Part shown: positions 1 through 9,173 of the stretch, one piece after another
How positions within the stretch are numbered: position 1 is the first letter of the stretch
Layout of the letters: every line of letters begins with the position of its first letter
NCBI GenBank assembly: GCA_036005325.1
Contig: DASYQR010000083.1
Location: 1 to 53,929, forward strand
Origin: Nitrospirales bacterium
GTDB lineage: Bacteria; Nitrospirota; Nitrospiria; Nitrospirales; NS-4
Reading direction: 5' to 3'
Length of the DNA stretch: 53,929 nucleotides
The notes under the pieces: generated by a model
The model's database searches: none
What the model was told of the DNA's origin: nothing
The model's input: only the letters and a program-made list of their open reading frames with translations
Program-made: the position numbers and the translations under genes

Positions 1-245
1 GGGCATCGGCTCGGTCGGGTCAGACGGGTGCGGCCGCGAAACACGAACTCACAGTCCTGGCAGGTAGAGGGCTCGAGCAAGAACCGACCCTTCCGGTCGC
101 GGGCCACCGACTTGCCGATATGCGTGAGGTGATCTTCCACCTCCCGTTCGGAAACGGCGAGGCGGTGCGCGAGGTCACGGGCGGAACAACGCGCGCCGGT
201 GATCGCATGTATGATCTGCTGTCGGATCGTCGCCTCTGGGCTCAT
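1..245 (-). CDS. Putative HTH + Zn-ribbon transcriptional regulator (N-terminal part only; the 3' end runs off the left edge)
   Basis: Manual translation from ATG 245..243: MSPEATIRQQIIHAITGARCSARDLAHRLAVSEREVEDHLTHIGKSVARDRKGRFLLEPSTCQDCEFVFRGRTRLTRPSRCP... A winged-helix-like N-terminus is followed by a CxxC motif. Absent from the ORF track because there is no stop in the window. Confidence 0.5.
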   Translation of the reverse strand, partial: MSPEATIRQQIIHAITGARCSARDLAHRLAVSEREVEDHLTHIGKSVARDRKGRFLLEPSTCQDCEFVFRGRTRLTRPSRC

Positions 246-255
246 CAGACCGCTG

Positions 256-1938
256 TCATTTCTGCTTGAGCATTTCGGCGGCGGTGGAGCGGATGGTGGG
301 CGTGATCTTTTCGCCGCCGAGCATGCGCGCCACCTCCTCCACCCGCCCCGCCTTATCCAATGTGGCCACCTGCGTCACCGTGCGCCCGCTCTTCGCGGCC
401 TTGGTCACCGCGAAATGCCGCTGGGCCTGGGCCGCGATGGGTGCAAGATGCGTGATGCAGAAGACTTGATGTCCATGCTGGCTGAGGTGCCGGAGCCGCT
501 TTCCCACGACTTCAGACACAGCTCCGCCGATGCCCGCGTCCACCTCATCGAAGACCAGGACCGGCACGCGATCCTGCTCGGCTAGGACTGTTTTCATCGC
601 CAGCATGACCCGCGATAATTCCCCACCCGACGCGATCCGGGCCAGCGGCTGAGGATTTTCGCCGAGGTTGGAGGAGAATAGAAACTCCACGCGGTCCATC
701 CCCGCGGACGTCAACTTGGGACCGTCAGAATCAGTCTCCTGCTCGACTGCGATGCGCACCCGCGCGTGCTCCATCCGCAAGTCCATCAGCTCGCGTTCCA
801 GCCGTTTCTCCAGCTCACCGGCCGCCTTCGTTCGCTTGCGGGACAGAGCCTGCGCTAACTTCACGACCTTCGCATGCGCGTCGGCGACTTGCTGCGAAAG
901 CTCCTTCAGCGCCTCATCGCCCGATTCCAACTCCTGAAGCTCCCGTTTCGCCTGCTCCCCCAACTTGACGGCCTCCTCCAGCGAGCCTCCATACTTTTTG
1001 ATGAGCCGACGGATCAGGTCCAGCCGCTCCTCGACTTTCTCCAACCGATCCGGATCGAACTCTAGGCGGTCTCGATAGGCACGCAGCTTCTGGGCGAGGT
1101 CCGTCAACTGCGCCAACGCCTCCGCGAACCGATCACGATCTTCCACGAGTTCAGTATCAATCGTGGCCAATTCCTTCAATGAACCAGTCAGCCCTCCCAA
1201 GCCCTGAAGGATCGAAGACTCCTCCTCATAGAGTGGCCCATAGGTGGCCTGCACCAGCTCGGCGAGCCGTCTTCCTTGCGACAGCAACAATCGCGCTCGT
1301 TCCAATTCCCGATCTTCGCCGGCCTGGAGGTTGGCTCCCGTGATCTCCTCGACCTGGTAACGCAGGAGGTCTTCGCGCGTCTGTCGATCGGCCAACACGC
1401 CCCGACGTTCGGTCAAGCGCGTCTCAAGCCCGCGCCACGTCTCAAAGGCCCCCGCATAGTCCGTGCGCGCGGCAGCCAGGCCGCCGAATTCGTCGAGCAG
1501 GTCCAGTTGCACCGCCGGTTTGAAGAGAGATTGATGCTCGTGCTGGCCGTGGATGTCCACCAGCAAGCCGCGAAGGGACTGGAGCACACCGAGCGGCGTC
1601 GGGCGCCCATTGACGTGCACCCGATTCCGGCCCTCACGCGAGAGGACGCGACGAAGGATCAACTCGCTTTCGTCGGAACCCAGGAGGTCTTGCTCGTGCA
1701 GGAATGTCGCGACCGGCCCGCCCGTCGTGAGGGAAAAGACACCCGAGACTTCGGCCTCGTCGGCGCCCGCCCGGATGAGATCGGCCGAGGCGCGTCCCCC
1801 CACCAGCAGATCCACCGCATCCACGAGGATGGACTTGCCAGCGCCCGTCTCGCCGGTGAACACAGTGAAGCCCTCCGCAAACTCAAGCCCGATTTCGTCG
1901 ATAATGGCGAAGTTGCGGATGCGGAGTTCCGTCAACAC
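256..1938 (-). CDS. recN: DNA repair protein RecN (SMC-like ATPase)
   Basis: 560 aa. N-terminus MLTELRIRNFAIIDE... with Walker A GETGAGKS, a long coiled-coil middle, and a C-terminal SGGELSRVMLA signature plus Walker B LVFDEVDAGIGG. Confidence 0.95.
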   Translation of the reverse strand: MLTELRIRNFAIIDEIGLEFAEGFTVFTGETGAGKSILVDAVDLLVGGRASADLIRAGADEAEVSGVFSLTTGGPVATFLHEQDLLGSDESELILRRVLSREGRNRVHVNGRPTPLGVLQSLRGLLVDIHGQHEHQSLFKPAVQLDLLDEFGGLAAARTDYAGAFETWRGLETRLTERRGVLADRQTREDLLRYQVEEITGANLQAGEDRELERARLLLSQGRRLAELVQATYGPLYEEESSILQGLGGLTGSLKELATIDTELVEDRDRFAEALAQLTDLAQKLRAYRDRLEFDPDRLEKVEERLDLIRRLIKKYGGSLEEAVKLGEQAKRELQELESGDEALKELSQQVADAHAKVVKLAQALSRKRTKAAGELEKRLERELMDLRMEHARVRIAVEQETDSDGPKLTSAGMDRVEFLFSSNLGENPQPLARIASGGELSRVMLAMKTVLAEQDRVPVLVFDEVDAGIGGAVSEVVGKRLRHLSQHGHQVFCITHLAPIAAQAQRHFAVTKAAKSGRTVTQVATLDKAGRVEEVARMLGGEKITPTIRSTAAEMLKQK

Positions 1939-1947
1939 ACGGGAACT

Positions 1948-2313
1948 TCAGGCAGTCGGCGCCTTGAGGAGATTGTCAACCGCCTCCTTGAGTAGCCGCT
2001 TCGGCACGGCGCCGACGACCTTCTCGATCAGCTGGCCGTTTCTGAAGAACAGGAGTGTGGGAATGCTCATGATGCCGTATTTCCCGGCAATGTCAGGGTT
2101 CTCATCCGTATTAAGTTTCACGACTTTTAATTTGCCGTCGTATTCGATCGCAAGTTCCTCAACGATCGGCGCTATCATCTGGCAGGGTCCGCACCACACA
2201 GCCCAGAAATCCACCAGGACGAGGCCGTTCGCCTTGCCTACTTCCGTCTCCCACGTTGTCGCACTCACCGGTATGGCCTTACCCACAATGCCCCCCACAT
2301 CAAATTGGTTCAT
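1948..2313 (-). CDS. trxA: Thioredoxin
   Basis: 121 aa with the WCGPC active site (FWAVWCGPCQMIAP) and typical thioredoxin length. Confidence 0.9.
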   Translation of the reverse strand: MNQFDVGGIVGKAIPVSATTWETEVGKANGLVLVDFWAVWCGPCQMIAPIVEELAIEYDGKLKVVKLNTDENPDIAGKYGIMSIPTLLFFRNGQLIEKVVGAVPKRLLKEAVDNLLKAPTA

Positions 2314-2376
2314 GAAATTGTCGAATGAAACCGTAGCCTACCCTACCCATTGCGAGGCTGTCAACGGACGGTTTGC

Positions 2377-2868
2377 TTACATCCGCTCCAGAGCCGGCGG
2401 GGGACGCCGGTGCCCGCGGGACAAGGCCTGCAGGTAGTCGATCAGATCTTCGAGGTCGGCGCTGCTCAGACCTGTCCAGCGCGGCATCTCCTCATGGAGG
2501 ACATTCCCCGCAGGATCGATACCCGCGAGCACGGCCGCCTTGATCGTCTCCCGATTGAAGGCCGGATGGCGGCGGTTGGAAAACTCATGGTCGTGCCCGT
2601 TGGGATCCGTCAGAGTCGCGAAGGTGATGTCGGGAGCCGGGATGCCGTGCATCATGCCGCCACGCCCGTCCGAGCCGTGGCACATGGCGCAACCCACGCC
2701 TTCCATCCCGTGGCTGTTCTGCAAGACCAGCCCCGATGCCGTCGTCCCGTGCAGAAAGATACGCCGGCCATTATCAGTATGCGAGACCGGGGTTGGCACA
2801 CCGGCGCTGGCCGCCCCGAATCCCAGCGACAGGACCATCGCACTGACCCATCCGATGCGCGCAGGCAT
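2377..2868 (-). CDS. Periplasmic c-type cytochrome (monoheme)
   Basis: 163 aa with an N-terminal signal-like segment and a single CxxCH haem motif (GCAMCHGSDG). Confidence 0.7.
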   Translation of the reverse strand: MPARIGWVSAMVLSLGFGAASAGVPTPVSHTDNGRRIFLHGTTASGLVLQNSHGMEGVGCAMCHGSDGRGGMMHGIPAPDITFATLTDPNGHDHEFSNRRHPAFNRETIKAAVLAGIDPAGNVLHEEMPRWTGLSSADLEDLIDYLQALSRGHRRPPPALERM

Positions 2869-2907
2869 GGGTGATTATGTGGGCCAGATCAAAGCGCTTG
2901 TCAAGAA

Positions 2908-5145
2908 CTAGTAGGGACTCGCGAATGCAGGGGGAGGGAGCACATCCGTGAAAGCAGAAGGCGGAGGCACATCCTTGAGCTTCTGGATATCCAAGCCGAG
3001 ACGCTGATAGAGATAGCGATAGACGCCGCCGAGAGGTGAATCCGTGAAGCCCACCCCACCAAGCGTGAACAGGACTGCAAACTCTGTCTGGTCCGGCCGC
3101 TGAATGAATATGAGCCCAGCCCCCCAGCAACGATCCGATCCGACGTAGTACAACCCGTAATCGACCTCCGGAAATTGCCCGGTATTCTGGTCGAGGAATC
3201 CCCGCACCACCGCATAGAAGTTGTACGGGAGCTTGATCCCAGCTTCGGCGGTGTAGAAATGCGTGGTCTCGGTCTGCTGAAGCACGTCATTCAGTGTCAT
3301 GGGGTTGAACAAGTCGCCCTTCAGGGGAACCGCCCCGGCCCGTGAGAACCGCTGGCCGATGGAGAGGAACACTTCCTTCGTCAGGGTGAAGCGCAGGTCC
3401 GTATTGAAGACGGTGACGGCAGAGTCCGCGTAATTGTAGAAGGTCTCCACGTCCAGCTCGGCCGGAAACGGCTTCAGGGTCCGCGCGATGAATTCCCCTC
3501 GCAGATCCGACCATGGCTTGTCCGTGGGAGACGACGTCAGGTGCTGGCTCTGAGTCAATCGCACATAGCCCATCTCCAGGTAGCGTTGCCCCTCGCCGTC
3601 GAAGACCATCGTGGACAGCCGGTTGGTCAGCACATAGGTCAAGAGATTCTTTTTGCCGAAGGTGTCCACGTCGTTAAAGACCGGAATATCCGACTGCCGC
3701 GGCGGGGGGATAAATTCATAGATGAGGGACGGCTCGATCTTGTGGGTGAGGGTCCCGCCCCCTTCTTGCGCAAAACGGCGTATGAGCCGCGTGTCGGCCG
3801 TGGCGCTGAGGTATAGCGCTTCCCGTCCGACCGAGTCGGTTGATTGGCTGCCCCGGCTGTAAAAGGTCTCGCGAAAGCCGGCCAGGGGGGTGACGGTGAG
3901 GTACCGGTCCAGCCTCAGCGGCACCCACAGTCTGGGAAACAGATCCACCCGCGCGGCGCTCACGCCCTCCTGACGGAAGAAATTGTCGAAGGCCGCATCC
4001 ATGCCGGCATACAGCGGGCTTCCGCCTAGGCGTGCGGGTGCGAGGCTGTACCCGACCTGGGGAAGGGTCTGCACCACCGTCTTGTCGGACAGCTCGATCA
4101 GGTTTTGGGAATACCGCGTTAATCCGTAGAGCACGTGATTGTCCCACCGTTTGGTCAGGTAAGCCTGCGATTCCTGGTAGACCGCAACGCGCTGGAGCAC
4201 GTTTTCACTCAAGGCACGGAAGGTGTCTTTCTCGTTCAAATAATTGATATCGATGCGTCCCTTCAAATCGTCCTCGAAATCCGTGCGGTGCTTGTAGAAA
4301 ACGCCTGTGCGGGTAGAGTTGGCCTGGGTGTCACGGAAGTACTCTGTGTAGAAGCGTCCGTCCGTGTTACGCGAGAGATTGTAACGGTATTCAAGGTTCG
4401 CGCCTATACCGAGCTTGCCGCGATAATCAATCCTCACCGTCGCGTCCTGGCTGGGACTGATATCCCAGAAGAACCCCTCTCGGAACTTGAAGCCCTGCCG
4501 GCTGCTGGCGCCGATCGTGGGGAAAAGAAAGCCCGTCGCCCGTTCCCGTTTGGCGGGAAAGAGGATCGCCGGCAGATACATCACCGGCACGTCCAGGATG
4601 CAGAACTGCGTATGGCGGGCGTAAAGAAACCCTTCTATTTCCAGCTCGGCCCTCTCGGCCTTGAACCGCCAGGGGGCGGTTTCTCCTTCCAGCACGCTGC
4701 AGGTCGTGAACGAGGCCTCCTCCAACCGATATTGCTCATCGGATAGGCGTTCCATGACTCGGCCATCCAGCGTGAAGTTGCCTTCCAGGACGAACAGGCG
4801 GCCATGGAAGATCACGCCTTTCGTGCTATTGACGTTGAAATCCATGCGCTCGCCGCGCATGTCGTAGAACCCATCGTTCAGGTGCACCCGGCCCAGGGCC
4901 ATCACTTGACCTGTGGCCATGTTGAGCGTCGCCTCATCAGCTTCCAAGCGAAAAGGCCCCTGCACCACCACGACGGAGCCCTTACCATGGTAGGTCTGGG
5001 TCTCCTTGCTGTAGGTCAGCTCGTCGGCCTGGATGTGGATGGGGCGAGAAGACAGAGAGTCAGCTGCAGACACCGCCGTCGTAGCCACCAGGAGCAGCAG
5101 CACTGAGAAGGGAAAGACCGCTTTGCAAAACACCGCCCCCATCAT
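2908..5145 (-). CDS. lptD: LPS-assembly outer membrane protein LptD (OstA family)
   Basis: 745 aa with a signal peptide, an OstA-like N-terminal domain and a long beta-barrel-type region rich in alternating aromatic residues. 4-nt overlap with folC upstream. Confidence 0.85.
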   Translation of the reverse strand: MMGAVFCKAVFPFSVLLLLVATTAVSAADSLSSRPIHIQADELTYSKETQTYHGKGSVVVVQGPFRLEADEATLNMATGQVMALGRVHLNDGFYDMRGERMDFNVNSTKGVIFHGRLFVLEGNFTLDGRVMERLSDEQYRLEEASFTTCSVLEGETAPWRFKAERAELEIEGFLYARHTQFCILDVPVMYLPAILFPAKRERATGFLFPTIGASSRQGFKFREGFFWDISPSQDATVRIDYRGKLGIGANLEYRYNLSRNTDGRFYTEYFRDTQANSTRTGVFYKHRTDFEDDLKGRIDINYLNEKDTFRALSENVLQRVAVYQESQAYLTKRWDNHVLYGLTRYSQNLIELSDKTVVQTLPQVGYSLAPARLGGSPLYAGMDAAFDNFFRQEGVSAARVDLFPRLWVPLRLDRYLTVTPLAGFRETFYSRGSQSTDSVGREALYLSATADTRLIRRFAQEGGGTLTHKIEPSLIYEFIPPPRQSDIPVFNDVDTFGKKNLLTYVLTNRLSTMVFDGEGQRYLEMGYVRLTQSQHLTSSPTDKPWSDLRGEFIARTLKPFPAELDVETFYNYADSAVTVFNTDLRFTLTKEVFLSIGQRFSRAGAVPLKGDLFNPMTLNDVLQQTETTHFYTAEAGIKLPYNFYAVVRGFLDQNTGQFPEVDYGLYYVGSDRCWGAGLIFIQRPDQTEFAVLFTLGGVGFTDSPLGGVYRYLYQRLGLDIQKLKDVPPPSAFTDVLPPPAFASPY

Positions 5146-6464
5146 CCGCGCGGTTCGGACACGGTCGTCCCCTCAAGCATGGCCTTGACTTCTCCGACGA
5201 CGAGCAAAGAGCCGGTCACACACACAGTATCGTCGGATCCGGCCAGCGCCCTAGCATACGCGAAAGCTTCGTTCACCGTCGATCGGACGGTGATGGGCAC
5301 CCCAAGGCCCGCCGCATCGCGCGCCAAGTCCCAGGGATCGGCTGCCCGTTGGTGCGCCGCGCGCGTCACGATGAGATGGCTCACACCGGGGATTGCGGTC
5401 AGCAACGCCATGACACCCCGCCGGTCTTTATCTCGCATCATCCCCACGACCAGGATGAGCCGCCCCTTCGCTGCGGGTCCATACAGGGAGGATAAGGTCT
5501 TCAGGTGCGATGCCAGCGCCTCGGCGGCGTGCGGGTTGTGCGCCCCGTCCAGCCAGACGTCGGGCCGGCGCCCCACACATTCCAAACGGCCCGGCCAGCG
5601 TACGGTGCGCAACCCCTCCCGTATGCCCTCCTCACCGACCGCCGCGCCTTTTTCGTGGGCCAACTCCAGAGCGGCGAGAGCGCATGCGGCGTTGTCCAGT
5701 TGATGCCGGCCGGGCAAGGGACAAGCCAGGCCGTCATACCGATCCCGCAGACCTCGATAGGAAAAACGCCCGGACGAAAGGTCGAGCGCATCGAAGTCCT
5801 GGCCGAGGACGACGCAGGAGACTTCCCAGTCCGTCGCCATGCCTCGCACGATGGCTAACGGTCCCGGCTCGATCCGTCCGGCGACCACGGGTGCGCCCTT
5901 CTTGATGATCCCCGCCTTCTCGCGTGCGATCGCGTCCACCGTGTTACCCAAATACTCCTGATGATCCAGCCCGATCGTCGTGATGATCGAAACGAGCGGG
6001 GTGAGCACGTTGGTGGCATCGAACCGCCCCCCGAGACCGACTTCAACCACGGCAAAGTCGACCGCCATCTCGGCGAAATACACGAACGCCATCACCGTGG
6101 TGGCTTCGAAGAAGGTCGGCTCTTCCGTCAGACAGGTTTCGGCGATCTGCCGGATTTTTTCTGTCAGCCCCGAGACACGATGGGCAGGAATGGGGTGGCC
6201 ATTCACCTGGATGCGTTCCGTGAATTCCACGAGATGAGGCGAGGTATAGAGGCCCACGCGATACCCCTGGTGCGCCAACATGGAAGCCATCATGGCAGCC
6301 GTGGACCCTTTGCCATTCGTCCCACCCACATGAAAGGCCTGCATCGAGTGGTGCGGATCATCCAGAGCGCAGAGCAGGGCGAGCGTCCGGGTCAGCCCCG
6401 GCTTGATGCCGTGGCTCTGGAGTCCGTACAAGTATTCGAGGCTACGTTCGATTCCCACATCCAT
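5142..6464 (-). CDS. folC: Bifunctional folylpolyglutamate synthase / dihydrofolate synthase
   Basis: 440 aa with a Mur-ligase-type P-loop (GGTNGKGSTAAM) and YTSPHLVEFTERI. The accD-folC adjacency seen in many bacteria is present. Confidence 0.9.
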   Translation of the reverse strand: MDVGIERSLEYLYGLQSHGIKPGLTRTLALLCALDDPHHSMQAFHVGGTNGKGSTAAMMASMLAHQGYRVGLYTSPHLVEFTERIQVNGHPIPAHRVSGLTEKIRQIAETCLTEEPTFFEATTVMAFVYFAEMAVDFAVVEVGLGGRFDATNVLTPLVSIITTIGLDHQEYLGNTVDAIAREKAGIIKKGAPVVAGRIEPGPLAIVRGMATDWEVSCVVLGQDFDALDLSSGRFSYRGLRDRYDGLACPLPGRHQLDNAACALAALELAHEKGAAVGEEGIREGLRTVRWPGRLECVGRRPDVWLDGAHNPHAAEALASHLKTLSSLYGPAAKGRLILVVGMMRDKDRRGVMALLTAIPGVSHLIVTRAAHQRAADPWDLARDAAGLGVPITVRSTVNEAFAYARALAGSDDTVCVTGSLLVVGEVKAMLEGTTVSEPRG

Positions 6465-6487
6465 AGGACGGAATGCCGGACCAACCT

Positions 6488-7327
6488 CTAAAAGAATGCG
6501 ATGAGGCTGGAGACCGTCTCTTTGAGCCGTTTGCGGGGCACGATCAGGTCGATCATGCCATGTTCCAGAAGGAACTCCGCGCGTTGAAACTCCTGAGGGA
6601 GCTGCTGCTTGATGGTCTGTTCGATGACACGTGGACCGGCGAACCCGATGAGCGCCTTGGGTTCAGCCAGGATGACGTCGCCCAGCATCGCGAAGCTGGC
6701 CGTCACGCCCCCGAAAGTCGGATCGGCCAGGATGGAAATATACGGGATGCGCGCCTCGGCGAGGCGACCGATGGCGGCCGCCGTCTTGGCCATCTGCATC
6801 AAGGACAAAATCCCCTCCTGCATGCGCGCTCCGCCCGAGGTTGTCACCAGCACCAGGGGCATGCGCTCGCGCAAGGCCCCCTCGGCCGCCAGTGTCACTT
6901 TTTCGCCGACCACCGACCCCATACTGCCGCCCATGAACCCAAAATGGAACACTCCCAGGGCGACCCGGGTCCCGTTGATCCGCCCTTCCCCGATCACCAA
7001 CGCATCCTTCTTCCCGGTGCTCTGCCGCGCCGCCACAATCCGCTCACTGTAGCGCTGCGTGTCCTTGAAAGCGAGCGGATCGGCAGGGACCAACTCGGGC
7101 GACCACTCGCGGAACGTGCCGAGATCGAGGAGCAGGTCGATGCGGTCTTCAACCGAGATGGGAAAATGGTATTCGCACTTCGGACAGACCTTGGCACCCC
7201 GCTCCACTTCCTTGCGATAAATGATCGCCCGGCAGTGGTTGCATTTGAGCCACAGTCCTTCAGGGACCGTCGCCTTCCGTTTGTCGTCGTCCCCTCGGAC
7301 AGAGTGCTCTTTTTTGAACCACGCCAT
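6488..7327 (-). CDS. accD: Acetyl-CoA carboxylase carboxyltransferase beta subunit
   Basis: 279 aa with an N-terminal Zn ribbon (CNHC...CPKC) followed by the carboxyltransferase domain (GGSMGSVVGEK, GGARMQEG). Confidence 0.95.
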   Translation of the reverse strand: MAWFKKEHSVRGDDDKRKATVPEGLWLKCNHCRAIIYRKEVERGAKVCPKCEYHFPISVEDRIDLLLDLGTFREWSPELVPADPLAFKDTQRYSERIVAARQSTGKKDALVIGEGRINGTRVALGVFHFGFMGGSMGSVVGEKVTLAAEGALRERMPLVLVTTSGGARMQEGILSLMQMAKTAAAIGRLAEARIPYISILADPTFGGVTASFAMLGDVILAEPKALIGFAGPRVIEQTIKQQLPQEFQRAEFLLEHGMIDLIVPRKRLKETVSSLIAFF

Positions 7328-7339
7328 ACGAGTCGCCGC

Positions 7340-8134
7340 TCAGACACGGACCACTTGGCCCTCTTCCAGCACGTGGAGGTTGGGCAATTTGAGACGTTTG
7401 AGTTCCGACGCAATGAGGCCGCGGTATGAAGGCTTAAGGTGGTAAATGTAAATAGGAAGGTCGGGACGGCCCAACTTGGCGAACTCGCGGGCGAGCATCT
7501 CCGGCGTCAGATGGCCGCTCACCCTGGCCAGTTCATGGAAATCGTTTGGAAAGGAGGTCTCGATGAACGCGGCCTTGAGACGCGGCTCTTTGGCGCCCAC
7601 CTCCCAGATGCGTCGGGTCTCCGAAGTATCTCCGCTATAGAGAAGCGCCGTATCTCCTTCACGGACAATAAAGCCGGCGGCGGGAACGGTGTGGTCGACA
7701 CGGACCGCCATCACCTCCAAGAGGTCCATGGTGAATCCTTTCTCTTCGTCCAACGGGTGGTACGCCAAGGGAGCCGTCTCCAACGTGGGCAGCCTGGTAA
7801 AGTCGGGGAAGACGACGTTGTTGAAGATGTGCCGACGCAGGTCGTCCAGGACTTCCGGGAGCGCGTGCACCTGGACCGGTCCTTTCGAGCTTCGACTGAC
7901 CAGGTTATCGGCGAGAAGAGGCAAGCCCTTGATGTGGTCGAAGTGCGCATGCGAGAGCAGGACGCTGCGAATCTTGCTTTGTTCCGCTTCCCGCAGACCC
8001 GCGCTGACGGACCCCGCATCCATCATGCACGTCTCGTTGATGAGAAACCCGCACGTTCGGCATTCGCGGATGCGGCCGTCCTCCTCGTCGATCGTCAGTT
8101 CGGAGCCGTGACATCCGAGGATTTTAATGATCAC
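7340..8134 (-). CDS. Metallo-beta-lactamase-fold 3',5'-cyclic-nucleotide phosphodiesterase (class II-like)
   Basis: 264 aa. KILGCHGS..., MMDAGS..., and LLSHAHFDHIKGLPLL closely resemble the class II PDE HxHLDH[LIVM]xG signature. Confidence 0.65.
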   Translation of the reverse strand: MIIKILGCHGSELTIDEEDGRIRECRTCGFLINETCMMDAGSVSAGLREAEQSKIRSVLLSHAHFDHIKGLPLLADNLVSRSSKGPVQVHALPEVLDDLRRHIFNNVVFPDFTRLPTLETAPLAYHPLDEEKGFTMDLLEVMAVRVDHTVPAAGFIVREGDTALLYSGDTSETRRIWEVGAKEPRLKAAFIETSFPNDFHELARVSGHLTPEMLAREFAKLGRPDLPIYIYHLKPSYRGLIASELKRLKLPNLHVLEEGQVVRV

Positions 8135-8152
8135 CGTCGTTCTCCCAATCTC

Positions 8153-9154
8153 TTACTTACGAATGTCATTCAGCTTCTGTCGCGTCGCCTTGGACCGCTT
8201 CTCATAAAACTCTTCCAGGATGCTTTCGATTCGTGGATATTTCTTCATGACCTCGAATAATTCAGTCGCCTGCAGTCTGAGCACTTCGGTATCCGACGTT
8301 GCGAAGACGGAGGCGCTGCGCGGCCCGCCGACCAACAGCGACATCTCCCCAAAAAACTCACCCTCCCCGAGTTGATCCAGGACCAACTCTTGCCCTTCGA
8401 CCTCCTTGATTACCTTGCCCCCGCCGCGGCTGATCAAGTACATCGCGTCGCCGTCATCGCCCTCGGCAATGATGCGTTCCCCGGCTATGAATGTCAGCGG
8501 CTCCAGCTTATCGACGATCGCCCCGAATTCATTTTTAGAGAAGGCAGCAAACAGCGGGTTGATGTCCTTTCTGATCTCTATAGGCGTCGCGGAGGGTATT
8601 CTCTTCAACTCAAGCGCGATGATCGGCACCGGCGGCTCCGGCATCTCAACCTCCAATGCCGGGGCCGGCAGAGGGGGCGGCATTTCCACTGGCGGCGCAA
8701 CGGCCGGAGGCGGCGGCATTTCGAACTCTGGCGCGGGTGCGGCAATAGGCGGCGGAGGTGCCATCTCTACCTGCGGCGTGTCTTCTGGGACGGGCAGGGG
8801 CGGAGGGGGAGGCGGCGGCGCTTCACCTGTGACCCCCGGGTTCGAATTGATGGCCTTCATGAGCTCGATGGCCTGCTTTTCGCCAGGCGCCAGCCGCAGA
8901 ATCATCTTGTACGTCGCGATGCCTTTCACCGCAAAGCCCGAATCCACAAACAAATGGGCCGCTTGGTAGTAGGCCTTGACCGCGCCGACTTTGTTTCCGG
9001 CCTTCACGGAATAGTCCCCCATACGAAGATGGTAATTCGCGTTGGCCGGTTCGAGATCGACCAGGCCCTGTAAGGCCTGCACGGCCTTGGCCCATTGGCT
9101 CTGCTCGACGAACTTGGTGAGATCATTGTTGAGTTGCTGTTTCTTATTGGCCAT
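8153..9154 (-). CDS. TPR-like N-domain / proline-rich linker / cyclic-nucleotide-binding (CAP effector) domain protein
   Basis: 333 aa. The C-terminal cNMP-binding fold shows FGEMSLLVGGPRSASVFA. The central region has four (V/F)EMPPPP-type repeats. No recognisable output (DNA-binding or enzymatic) domain. Confidence 0.75.
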   Translation of the reverse strand: MANKKQQLNNDLTKFVEQSQWAKAVQALQGLVDLEPANANYHLRMGDYSVKAGNKVGAVKAYYQAAHLFVDSGFAVKGIATYKMILRLAPGEKQAIELMKAINSNPGVTGEAPPPPPPPLPVPEDTPQVEMAPPPPIAAPAPEFEMPPPPAVAPPVEMPPPLPAPALEVEMPEPPVPIIALELKRIPSATPIEIRKDINPLFAAFSKNEFGAIVDKLEPLTFIAGERIIAEGDDGDAMYLISRGGGKVIKEVEGQELVLDQLGEGEFFGEMSLLVGGPRSASVFATSDTEVLRLQATELFEVMKKYPRIESILEEFYEKRSKATRQKLNDIRK

Positions 9155-9173
9155 GGAAGATTTTCGCCATGGG

